Assembly: GCA_000320545.1 (NCBI GenBank)
Contig: ADNK01000785.1
Coordinates: forward strand, 1,007-65,006
Direction of reading: 5' to 3'
Length of the DNA: 64,000 nucleotides
Source: Bigelowiella natans CCMP2755
Taxonomy: Eukaryota > Protista > Cercozoa
Both the position numbers and the translations under genes were made by a program. Every line of letters begins with the position of its first letter. Position 1 is the first letter of the stretch. Under the pieces are notes generated by a model. The model did no database searches. It had not been told where the DNA came from and saw only the letters and a list, made by a program, of their open reading frames with translations. Of this stretch, positions 15,001-28,093 are shown piece by piece.

Positions 15001-18000
15001 ACGATTCGCGTCGTCGATGTCGTTTCGGACCTAGTGCAGCAGCACATTATTACCGTCATCAGTGTTGATTATTTAACGAGGAGGAAAGGAGGGGAAGAAA
15101 CAGGCCCCACGAAGTAGCAACTAATGGGTAGCAGAGGGCTAATCATCAAACGCTGAATACCTCCTCTTGGTACTCATCTAGGAATTCTTGTTGGCGGAGA
15201 GTAAGGTTTCCATTGACCTGTTGATATCATAATTATACATCGAAAAGGCAACGGGCAGCACGGACGCAATTGTGTGAGATGATGACGCCATTTTGAAGGA
15301 TGGAAAAGGATAGTATCTCGAGCGCGGTGGCGGTTGCAAGCTGCCCCCACCACTAATGACACCTCTTCTAACGTTGGCCAGAAGTCCCTCGTTGCAGTGA
15401 AGCAAGTTCCGTTACGATTCGTCTCAGGAAGCGCAAGGAGTGGGTCGCCCATTCTCTCGAATAAGTAGTAATCGCGCGTGTCGCGATCAAAAGAGTACCC
15501 GACGCACCATATTGCCTGATGATGGTTAACAAGGCGAGAGGTCTTATAATGCTCATTGTTCATGAAATCCCCTCCTTCTCACAAGGATAAAGCGCCGTGT
15601 CATCAGGAAGCCTTTTGCTGCACATCATCGCTTTTGCGTCGCTTGTTGTTGTTGTTGGTGGTGGTGGTGGTAGTCGTGTTTTTGTTGGTGTTCTTAGCAA
15701 TTTATTACCACATTGCACCAGTCGGTAAGGTTACCCATGATGTTCTCCTCAGTTGCCTCCGGCCCTAACGTCAGTACGATTATCTGTTGGCCTTGTTGGA
15801 AGGCTCTTGAGATGTCCTGGTAGAGGAGGAAATCTTATCAGTATATACAACACTACTGCTACTACTACTACCACCACGACTGGTGGCAGTTGTGCTGCTT
15901 CTACCACGACGACGTTAAATGACTAATGAGCTTCTTCTTACGTTTATTTCGAAGATGGCCCCGCTCTCTGGTGCAACATTACACGGCTGTGTGAGAGATG
16001 CCTCCTACAATCCACCATCATACGATAAGGTTGTTGCGCGAGGTAATGACCGAAGCTCGGTCGATGAGGACGGGGGTTGGGGGGGGGGCTGCTCTTGCGT
16101 TTCCCTTCACTAGTCAAGTTATTCATTGGGCGCGTAGATACCCAAAAAGCACACGCGGGCCTACCTCAATCATCACTGATCCAGCAGGTGCCTCCTGGAA
16201 TTGAGCATCATGGAAAGCCTGAATGGCCGATTGGTTCGCATCAAACGCTGCTTCCATGACCATCTGCTGTTGCTGGCATTGGGAATTCTGCACGCTGAAG
16301 AGCCCGTTCAGCCTCGCGCTTTCGTCGATGAAGGCGCGATCGATCGTCTGGCACATCAGGCCCATTAGATTTAAATAGTGGTGATGGTGATCGTGATGGT
16401 GATGATGACGATGGTGGTTTACCGTGAGAACGTTTGCGAGCTGCATATCTCTGTCGTTGGCAAAGGAAGGATACTGCTTCAAGACATCAAAGTGCTGCTG
16501 ATTTACCTGATTAGATAGGATGGTAACATTACGTCCTAATTATTTGAGCGCGTACACTAACATCGTCAATAACACGTATGGTATTGCAGTTTTCTCAGTG
16601 CTATAGAGAAGAAATTATAAAAAACATTTTCATTTTGCGAATTCTGCCGATGAATTGTTAGTTCTACTACCGAGATGAAGAAGATAACGTAGAAGGTGAT
16701 CGTGAACATCAAAGCCAGCGTCGCTTGCACGCCGAAGACAAGCCCGATGTATGCCCAATGATACCATCTCAGACGATTCTAATGTAGAAACATCTCGGAA
16801 CAATCATGAGACTGCCTCCCCTCCTACTCTTCTTCTATTTGTTCACGTACCGTTTGTCGCAGGTCTTTCTTGACCTCCTTATCCACCTTCGCAACCTTGT
16901 GCGTGATGACGTTGTACTCTTGTGTGTTAAGAAGCATCTTTGTATCCTCTCGATTGTAAATCTTCGAGCGGCGATACGCCCAGATGATCAGGCCTATTAT
17001 CATCGGAAGAACATCGGGAGAGAACGAAGTTGGTAGTAGCAGTAGGGGCAGTGCAAGAGTTGCATAGCGGAATATAACGTGAACGATTAGAAAAGTGAGC
17101 TTTACCAATGTATCAGGACTATATCAACAAGCATTGGTGGAAGGAAGGGTGATGATGATGATGATGATGATATATTATTCATGTTAGTAATAATGGGAAA
17201 GAGATATGTATTGTGAAACATCATCATTTTTGAAGATTTCGATGCTAATTGATGACCTTCTCCCCCCCCCTCCTCCTCCTCCTCCTCATCATCATCATCA
17301 TCACCATCTTACCGATCATCAGAAGGATTAAAATAAAGAGGATGATGAAGTACACTTGGAAAATTCCCCAGAAGTTCTCGAACGCGAATGCTTGTCCCTC
17401 CTGATTGATGAGATGGAGAGATGCAGCATCATCATCGATTGACACAAAGATGCTGAACAACATAATCGACAACTACATTATCCATGTTTTGTTTGAGTTT
17501 CAAGAGGAGAAACATGCTCTGAACGTCTCAATAAAGTTCTAAAGAGAAAGGCGTATCGTTGATCAAAAGAAGTATCATCGTCGTTGTTTTTCTTTACGAA
17601 AAGCTACTACCTCGACGGTGGAGAATTGATAAGTCAGTAGCTCTTCATCAAACCTATCCAAAACGCATACGTTTGATTCACATGAATAAATAGCGGAGAT
17701 AGATGCGTCGTATGCGTCGTCATCGTCGTCGACATTCTCATTATCTTCCTCTCCCCCCCCCCTCCAACTTTGTGCTGCTCCTCCTCTCCTCCTCCTCCTC
17801 CTTTCTACCGAGGCTTCATAGATCTTGCGATGCCGGTAGGGTCGATCCAAGATACGACGTACTAATTATAAGATGATGATACATGCATCTTTAGCTGAAG
17901 ATGATGAATACAAACAAACGTGGTTATCATGCATCCTTAGCTACCATAAGGAAAGATGCAAATACAGGTGGTGATAGAAGGAGAATAGAGAGGACGGGGG

Positions 18001-18526
18001 AACAGCACAAGCAAATACACATATACAAGGACTGACAGCGGTATATACTACCGGGCTCTCAGTAAGATTCTGCATCGGAGCTCTGAACTCAATAAAAGCC
18101 TTGTTTTGCTGTCCCTCAGCTAACGGCAGCTGAATACACGGCCCATTCCGAAATTGGCAATTCCCATTCTGCCACTCCATATCCCTTATTTCTCGTAGAA
18201 AAGTGCCGCTAGGCCCCTCCTCCCATACTCGAACGCCAAGGAATCCGCGGGCAAATGTGCTTGTGACAGAGGACTGCAGAACGATCTGTTGTCTCTCGAT
18301 ATCACGGAACACAATTGCATCCATGATAGGATGTAAGATGAAGCTCCCAACCACTACTTCAACCTCAGCTGCGCTTTCCACTTCCGCAAGGTTTCCAGAT
18401 AACTGGAGGGGGGGAGGAGGCAAACACACATATTGTCACACAGCACTTTTTTTCCGAAGTTTTGTCAGATACAAAACAGAATTGTGATTTTGAGCTCGGA
18501 AATCTCTCCCTTCTCGCCCTCCCCTC

Positions 18527-18572
<46 letters not shown>

Positions 18573-20556
18573 TTTTTGCTATGATTTTGTGGCTACACAC
18601 ATCGATTCCAGGTAGGAATTCAAGAGTGGGTGCCATAGTTAACGGGGTTTGAGTCGGCGAGGTCGTCGTTGGCGTGAGCGTCGTTGGGGAGATGGTTTGT
18701 GGTCCTCTGGTTGGAGCGCTGGATGGTGCAGTACTTGGTGAGAAAGTAGGGGTAGTGGTTGGAGATGCCGACAGGTCAACCAGAGCTGCAAAAGCAGCAC
18801 TGCTCGAGGAAACAGCTTGGACATCGAACATCGTTCTCTCTGCAGCTGCGGCTGGCAGCATTCCACCGCTTCCTTGGTCTCCCCATGCAATTGCTTGTCC
18901 GGTGGACGTCACGGCAACGAAAGCTGTGCCCGCCTCCGAGCCAAAAACGCTCACGATTACATTCGAAGTCAGATTCTCTGCGACGGACGAGATATCACCA
19001 CCGTTGTTTGCGTCGCCCCAGGCGATAACGGACCCATCTTGCGTTAAGGCAGCAAATGCTCGGGAGTTTGCAACAATGGTTTCGACGTTTGTAAGGGCTG
19101 CGGACACGGTTTGGAAGTTTCCTACCACAGCTGTAGATCCCCAGCTTGCTACCTCAGTCGCACCACCCGAGCCACCACGCTAATGAAAATGAAAGGGGAC
19201 CGAATGATGGAGTAGCAGTAGCAGAATGATTCATCATAAATTCACGTGAGGAAAAAAAATAATAATAATCCTACCATACCTTCAAAATGCATCTAGGGAT
19301 ATTGCTTGCACTAGTACTACCACTACTACTACTGCTGCTGCTACTACTACTACTACTACTACAACTGCTACTACAAGCAGCACTACGTCAATGATGCATA
19401 CCTTTATTGCAGCAAAAGCCTGGTCACCACCTACAACTTCATCGACTCCCGAAGCCAGGAACGCAGCTACAGTTGAAGAGTCGCCACCATTTGGAGCTTG
19501 TCCCCACGTTATGACCCCTCCGCCAGTATTGATGGCGGCGAATGCATCGAAGTTGGGAACGACTGCTACGATACCAGTACTCAGATCAGCAGCGACGGTC
19601 GAGGAATCGCCCCCTTGAATTGAAAAGCCGAAGGTAGAAACTCGACCATTCTGATCAATAGCTGCGAATGATCTTTCAGTTGCAACAATGGTTTCGTAGG
19701 GAGAGCCGGTGGGAGGGGGAGAAACAACGGCCTCGATATCTCCCCCCCATCCTACAATTGATCCGTCGTCCTGAGGAGAGTTTAAGTTCTATGTTCTGGA
19801 GAGAAAGGACGAGGGGGAGAGAGAGAAGGGAGGGGAGAATGCGCGCAAAATGTACAATGTTTTGCCAGAAGTGCTTCAGCCATACAGATGCATAAAATAC
19901 CCTCAGAGCCGCGAAGGAATCAATAGTCCCCACGATGTTTGTGACTCCAGTCAGCAAATTCGAAACAGTATTTACTGTTACGGCCGCGGTTCCGTCACCC
20001 CAGACCTCTACATCTCCATTAGACCTCCACGCTGCAAATGCGTCATTCGAACCAGCAATTCCAACCCAAGGCGAGGGAGCTGAAGCAACCAGACAGCATT
20101 ATGAGGGGAAATTGAGGATGAAGTGGGCTTAGGACAGTGTTTAATACCTCCTGGTAAGATCATGTCTAGATTCCTTTGATCTCCTCCCCAGGCTACGAGG
20201 GTTCCGTCGTTCTTGAAGGCACCGAAGCCTACAATTCCCGAATCCACCCTGACTACCCCATTCTGTAACTCGCTATTCACGCTTGATTGGTCTCCTCCAA
20301 AATCAGAATCACCCCAACTGTAGACCGTGCCATCAGGTGAGGCCAAGGCAGCAAATGCTTCTCTACTGGCTGAGATCGTGGCAGTGTTGATTAAATCGGA
20401 TTGCATAAATGTAACCCCTGTGTTGCTAAGACTGCCTCCGGCGGTTGGATCTCCCCAGGTCACCACTTCAAAAGTTCCCTCAGTACACATTGCACTTAAC
20501 CACAGAACAATTGCAGCATTAAAGATTTTGTGCCGAGCCAAGGATTTGGACACCAT
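10224..20556 (-). CDS. Giant multi-exon membrane protein: signal peptide, RCC1/BLIP-II-like repeats, Pro/Thr stalk, about 5 TM segments, Ser/Arg-rich tail
   Basis: ATG at 20556 (MVSKS...AAIVLWLSAMCTEG, signal-like). About 10 repeats of AFAAL..DG.V..WG....GG over 20.5-18.8 kb, then PTTTPTFSPSTAPSSAPT...APT. Hydrophobic exons lie near 17.35, 16.7, 13.9, 13.65 and 11.95 kb. An unbroken chain of GT-AG minus-strand exons reaches the stop at 10224. The single-gene model is inferred. Confidence 0.7.
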
Positions 20557-20959
20557 CTTGTGTATGGTTGACAAGTCCAACGTGGAATAATCAGTACCCT
20601 GGCGGTGTACAGAGCCACCTTTACCGCCGACAGGGTGTATTTTCAGTCGGCGAGTACAATCTTATGATTTTGTCGCGCCATCAATATCTCATCAATTTGC
20701 CCTGCAGCATGATTCGTGCCGTTCGGTACGAACGAAACCAGGTTAACTTCAATAATATGTAATTGAATCGACCTCGATTTGGGCAACAAAAGAAAGAAAA
20801 GAGTCTTGTCTGTCGGAATTCCGGCACACGAATTGCCCCCTCTGCAACAGGCAAAAAACAACAACATGCTGCAGGACGTAGTGGCTAGACCATTTAGTGC
20901 TCTCATCGGAACATAGCATCTAGTGTTCTCCAAAGAGGGGTTACAACTTACATAAAATC

Positions 20960-22061
20960 TCATTCCATTTACCTCCTACGACAACATTTGAAGAGTTTTT
21001 ATAGGAAGATGTATTCAGATATGGCCAAAATTCATGCAATATATGACCATGAGCGATACATATTTTCATTTCTCAACGCTACTTTAGAAAATTATAATGT
21101 TCTAATTCCTGAATCTAAATTAGGTTCAATCTTGCCTGATAATCAGACTAAAAACAATTCTGGGGGAAGATTTTCATTGGCCGAGAGTTCAAAAGCTGAA
21201 AACTAAGCCGATAAAATAATATACTACACTTTTCCTCGAAAACTTGCTTGAAGCGCAAAAATACGAAAGTCTCTCCTGCGTTCAGACATTTTATCTTATT
21301 CCGAAGAAATATTTCAAAGATTCGAGGACAATTACGCGCTCCCAGAACCAGATGCGAAATCGCTGACCGTGGCGATGTCTCTCGCACAACATTGAATTTA
21401 AGAATAAATCCCAGGGCTGTAATGCATAATTTCTAAGTATACACTTGTAATAGGGCCTTATATGTCCCTTTTTCACCAAATGTGTTTCTAATTTTAATTT
21501 TTTTGCGGATATTCTATCCTGTAAACTCCAGAAAAATTCTTATATTTAACTTTTCTTTGCTAAGAAAGATATGCAAGAGCATTTTTCTGAGGATATGACA
21601 TTCTAAAAATTATACGTATAACTTTCCCCTAGTTTTCCATTGGTTTTTGCAAAAATAATCCATATTCTAGTAACTTATTTATCTAATATTTCAAACCTAA
21701 ATATTCTCATATATTTAGAATGTTTTTTAGAATAAAGGAGTATTTCATAATTTTAAACGTGAACAGACATATTTATGATATAATAAGGTGAATATTCACC
21801 ATACAGAATTGAAGCATTGATAATTATGAGTATGAATATTACATTCTCTTTCGATCTTTCTCTTCTGGATTTGCGAACTCATTTCCGGACCGACAGGATT
21901 TTCTTTTTATTTCTCGGGAATTCTGCTCCGGTATATAAATTCTAAGACAATAATTTCAAGAAGTCGCATATATGTAAACAAGGTCATTCTTAACTTTGAA
22001 CCTGCCTCGCAAGATACAAGCTTGGCTTAAAACGATTGCGGCTCAGCCACAAAAATCAACC
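20960..22061. promoter_or_regulatory. AT-rich divergent (head-to-head) intergenic/promoter region
   Basis: Strongly AT-rich and microsatellite-free, between ATG 20556 (-) and ATG 22062 (+); tataaa at ~21934. Confidence 0.4.
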
Positions 22062-22840
<779 letters not shown>

Positions 22841-23079
22841 TTATTACACCCGGTAAATTTTTCCACACGGTATGTTCATCATCGACCTTGGATTAGAAGC
22901 AAAGGTTCTGTTGCGTATTTGATGTCATGTAATTATTCGATATCATGCCAGGCTGCGGTGACCGTGAACTCACATAAGCATGAATCATTCATATTAGCCT
23001 AACATTCACATACATTGCTAGATTGCTTTGCTGTAATTGCTCGCAAAGCTTTGTACGCATGATTATACGCCTCACTTGC

Positions 23080-23650
23080 TGCTAGCTTCACATTACTTGA
23101 GCGCACATGCATGCAAGCATGCTTTTCATATCACATGATGCACATCTGGCGGACGTACAGGCCTATCTAGATAGCTCATAGGCCATACTGCATGCTCTAT
23201 GCTCTATAGCTAGATAGCTAGATAGGTCTAGAGGTGTCAAAGCAGGCATGCACATGCATGCTGCATCCATCGATCTCGATCCAGACTAGCAGGTCTCGTC
23301 GTCTAGATCGATCTACATAGCTCTAGAGATCGTACACATCTAGTACTAGAGTATCGTAGCTAGCCATCCGGCGGTCGCCGCCGCGCCTGCGCGCATGTAT
23401 GCAAGTGCATGATGTCACAGCTAGCTGCTCGCTCTAGCTAGCTAGCTAGTCTTATATGTGTGTAGTCCACATCGCAAAGCTGACATCGTCATGCACAACT
23501 AGACAATCCAGCAATGCTAGAATGCATGAGCTATGGGGTGGAGCCAACAGAGCTAGAGAGGGCTGCGATCGCATCGGCGCGCACACCACTCTAGCTAGCA
23601 TGTCTAGATGTCTAGATGTGTACATCCATGCTAGTGCGCGCTAGACATGA
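23080..23650. repeat. CTAG/CATG/TGCA-rich tract between convergent genes
   Basis: ctagctagctagctag, gcatgcacatgcatgctgcatc and tctagatgtctaga, between UBC4 (+) and the phosphatase (-). Confidence 0.75.
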
Positions 23651-24326
23651 ACATGTTATGATTGTGTCGTGTTCGTACGAGAAGCCAAAATGTTTGAATT
23701 CTAATGAACTACAGGGTACACAAGTAATGTTTAGAAATTATAAAATTAAAGAAATCTATATCATGGACAGACTGTGGACATCTATCTAGCCATCCGCGTG
23801 TGCTTTGTGCCAAGCTATAAAGCTAGCGAGTCACTCTAGTCATTGCGCACATGCATCGCAGCAGGTTGCCACACAACACAAGAACAACGGCTTCAAGGAG
23901 GTGTGACACTGGATCAGTGACTGCGCAGCCGCCGGTAGCATTTCGTTGGCTGCTTTCCAATGCGACGCTCAACTCCAAACCAGCTAGCCAGTTGGTGCAC
24001 ATTTGCTGGTACTTCGGTCCATCCATGCAAAACGTAGGGCAATGTTCATCATTGACAGTAATACGACATAGAATATGCATCTAATGCTGTGTATAAATGT
24101 GCATTCACATGTTACGTGTGTCTATCATGCTAGCATGCTGTAGCAGCACAAACACACATACACACACATACGACTGTACACACACATACACACATATACA
24201 CACACGCATACAAACATGTATGTACATACGCATATATGTGCATATATACATATATAAATTTTAATATATATATTAGCATGTGCATGTATGTGTCTCAGTA
24301 CACACGTATACAGCTGTAGCGTGTAA

Positions 24327-24807
24327 CTAAGACTCCGTCTTCGTTTGAGCTAGTATTTCCTTCACAACCGCCAGCTGTTCCTCGCTCTCTGGAAACCTTT
24401 TCCGCTTTCTGTTCGATCTCAATTTGTACAATTCTTCAGCTCTAGCTAGCGCTGCCTTAAGGTCCATACCGCAATATTTTCCCAGATATACAGCCGTGAC
24501 TGTCCCCGTGCGTCCATAGCCACCAAGACAGTGTAAATATGTTGTTTTCCCAGATTCTATGAGCTGGTGTAGTCTCTTAGCTGCACCAGCCACGGTTTTT
24601 GAGTCAGCGGTATGATCTGTCATCCCAAAGCTAGTGTCCATCTCAATCTTTTTGTTTGTGGCTGCATCATAACCATTGTCATCATATGTCCACATATGCA
24701 CAAATCTATAGGCAAACACTCACAAATACACGCACACACGCACACACACACAAACACGCTCATACAAAAAACATTCACACATATGCACGCTCTCTCTCAC
24801 ACACATG

Positions 24808-24854
<47 letters not shown>

Positions 24855-25112
24855 ACGCACACATACTTCTACACACACATAAAACACCTTTCCTGGCGTC
24901 CTGCACGTACTCAAAACCGATATTACACAAATAATCCCATTCATCCTTCTTGATCAGGTTCATGAAGACCTCTACACCCACGTCCCTGGCTAACACCTAT
25001 ATAATGCCAATGACAATGACGACGTATGGTGATGCTGATGACTATGACGAGGACGATGATAGTTACGACGAAGATGATGTTGATGGTGACTACGATGATA
25101 ATGACTACGAAA

Positions 25113-25144
<32 letters not shown>

Positions 25145-25207
25145 GACGATGACTATGACAACGATGATAATAATGACGATGTTGATGATGATGATGATGA
25201 CTAAATT

Positions 25208-25245
<38 letters not shown>

Positions 25246-25579
25246 AATGGCGATAATGTTTGATGAAAATGATGTCGACGACGACGATGATAATGAGAAT
25301 AATGATAATGGCTATGGCTATGACTATGACGACGACGATGACGATGACGACTTTAATAATGATGATCTTAATGATAATGATGATCTTAATGATAATGATG
25401 ACGATAAAGATGATGATGATGATGATAATGATAATGATGATAATGATTATGACGATGACGATGAGCACCATGACCTGGGATAAACCATTGTTTGGCACAG
25501 GCCCTGCTAGAAGTTTCCCCTCGACAACCCACGACGTCGAGGAGGGAATTTCTTTCTCTTTCTCTTTTTTCTCTGCCAT
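24327..25579 (-). CDS. Protein-tyrosine/dual-specificity phosphatase (3 exons)
   Basis: MAEKK...TSWVVEGKLLAGPVP...SQ|VLARDVGVEVFMNLIKKDEWDY...|...YLHCLGGYGRTGTV...PESEEQ*. Intact HCxxGxGRT signature. Confidence 0.88.
25005..25470. repeat. Long degenerate (GAT/GAC/AAT)n trinucleotide array filling a phosphatase intron
   Basis: About 460 bp of gatgat/gacgac/aatgat repeats. Confidence 0.9.
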
Positions 25580-25856
25580 TCACATACACACACACACACA
25601 CACATGTGCACTTAGAAGACAGAAACGCATGTTCACAGGCGTGTTCACGGACGCATGCAAACACACACACCCATGGGCTGGCGGGAAGAGGGAATGTGAA
25701 AAAGCAAAGCTTTGTCGCAGAAAGAAAACCGCCTTCGTTTTGATTCCAGGGACGATTTGAGGAGATCTACGAGTATCATCGAATCCATTCGAACAAAGGA
25801 ATCTCCTAGATCTTGTCAATCTCCATGGATCTTGACGCCCGAGAGTGACCATGCTA

Positions 25857-26430
25857 GCATGGCTGTCGAATCTTGAATCGCACGCTGCCTTGGATCGCCG
25901 ATGCTGGTCATGCTCTGCAATGCTGCTTTCAGCGACACACACTGAGCGAACACTTCTGGACTTGTGCACAATGCCTGGAACGTGCTCAGTGACACCACCG
26001 TGGCGTGATGCTTCAGTCCAGCAGCATTGCTGAGCCAACGAACAGTGATGCTCAGCAATGCGGCATTGTGGCATCACTGAGCCAGTGTTGCAGTGTCCAA
26101 TTGTTGGTGACACTGCAGTTTTGCGGCAGCACAATTGCGAAGTGTCACTTCTGGCTTGCAAGAAGGAAGGCAAAAAATCGGACGTTTTGGGTTTCACGAA
26201 GCATCTCAATGCTGGAATGTGGTGCCACAGCGTTGATCGCAAGAAATGCTGTCCTCAAAAAATTCGATCGTGAAACAGAATTGCACAGTGCTTGTGTGTT
26301 GCACAGTGCCAAAGTGCGAGCTCTGGAGCTGGAGTGTTGCGCGCGGTGCTGTCTAGCTCTGGAGCTGTGTGCGCAAGCACACACACACACATCGTGCACA
26401 CAATGAACACGTGTGCATGCCCGCGCGCAC
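25857..26430. mobile_element. Decayed repeat/transposon remnant lacking TpA
   Basis: No TA in 25857-26354; perfect inverted repeat gcattgctgagc (26024-26035)/gctcagcaatgc (26050-26061); several variants of one 8-mer. Transposon origin is inferred. Confidence 0.5.
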
Positions 26431-26535
26431 TCCCCCCCTCTCAGCCTTGCCCCTTGCCACTGCTATAGCCAAACCTCATCAATCACCCCCTTGCTAGCTT
26501 GCCCCCCCTAGCCCCCCCCAAATTTGCTCCTACAG

Positions 26536-27165
26536 AGAAACTACTACGTCACGGGCAAGCTTTCGCGGCGGATATACGCCGATAATTGCTATTTTGACTC
26601 TCCTATTCCTGACACCCCAGTCACAGGGTTACAGAAATACGTCGACGCGATTTCGCATCTTTTTTACCACAAAACTTCCAAAGTCCAGCTTCTCGACATC
26701 AAGGTCTCGAGTTCTCCCCCTCTCCTATGCTCCCCCCCCCCCCCCCCTTCCCCGTCGCCTGCTACACAAATCAACAGGATGCAATATGCATCAGCGATTA
26801 TGCTTCTTTTACGCACAGGTTCTTGATGATAGGAGAATTGCTGCGAAATGGAGGTCGGTCGTTTTGTATCCCCCCCCCCCCCACCCCCCCCTCCCCTCCC
26901 CGTGAAGGCCCCTGTATAGTCGCCCTCTCGTCGCATATGCACTCATGAGATTACTTGTCGCTTTCGCAGGTTAGAAGGGACGCTCATGCTACCGTGGCGG
27001 CCAAAGTTTAAGGTGGAATAGCAACATTCCAAAGAAGATAACCGGCATTTACTATTGCGTCGTCGTTGTTGTTGCTTACTCCCCACCCCGCTGCTCCCCC
27101 CTCCCATAAAGGCCTACACAGGATGCACCCTGTACACGTTGGACGAAAGGGGGCTCGTGGCTTGG
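26536..27165 (+). CDS. DUF2358/SnoaL (NTF2-like) protein, partial or pseudogene
   Basis: Spliced exons RNYYVTGKLSRRIYADNCYFDSP...GLQKYVDAISHLF...SKVQLLDIK|VLDDRRIAAKWR|LEGTLMLPWRPKFK|AYTGCTLYTLDERGLVA match the algal DUF2358 pattern. No clear first or last exon. Confidence 0.7.
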
Positions 27166-27256
27166 TAGATGATAATTATGGCATGTTTTCTTCGATGCCG
27201 GGTTGTTTCCCAATGAGAAACCGTGTTTAGATTTGGATGACTTCTTTCGTCAGTTT

Positions 27257-27293
<37 letters not shown>

Positions 27294-28008
27294 TATATAT
27301 ATATATATATATAAATATATACATATATGATATGCCGCTGACTGCTTTGCATTTTATTTCTCTGAATCCGAAATAAAGCGAGCTGAACCCGATCCACCGC
27401 CGCACTAGCAGCTTCACCATGCAACTGCTTGCATCGCAATCTTGCACATTGCATGATTCGCGACAATGCAGTGTGTTGCTGCCATTAATTGAATAGCACT
27501 TTTGTTATGTTAGCTAGATTGATCCAATCCACCTCACCAGCATTTGCGCATCGTAGCCAGTGGCAGATAACGCTTAGTGCTAGCTACCAGACATGACTAT
27601 GTGTGCGGCCCAGCGCAAGATAAGCTGTAATGTCGGTCATATTGTACCAAATCCATAATTTCGATGATTTTCTTCAATCGTATTGTTGTGTGCATTTCAT
27701 TTAGCTGAAAGCTTTTCCACCACTTGATGAGTAAGTAGGGATGATGATGATGATGATAATGATGATGATGATGATGATGATAGGTTCTTGATCATCATCA
27801 TCAAATTATCATCGTCCCCTTCGTCGTCTTGTCGTCGTATACTTCTTTCTCCCTCTGTGCTATCTGTCCTTCCTCCCTTCTCCCTCCCCTGATTGACTCT
27901 GCCGCAATAGGTAGTTCCTAACTGCTTGGATTTAATGGGCCTGTGACACGATAACACATACATGTATATCTCACGCTGATAAGGATTCACGTTATATGTC
28001 GGAAGCGT

Positions 28009-28061
<53 letters not shown>

Positions 28062-28093
28062 TGATATTTTTCATATATCTAGATACGTATACT

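Noticed and set aside
24941-25760. Poly-Ile/Asp/Met ORFs in the ORF track
   Set aside because: Translations of an intronic trinucleotide array.
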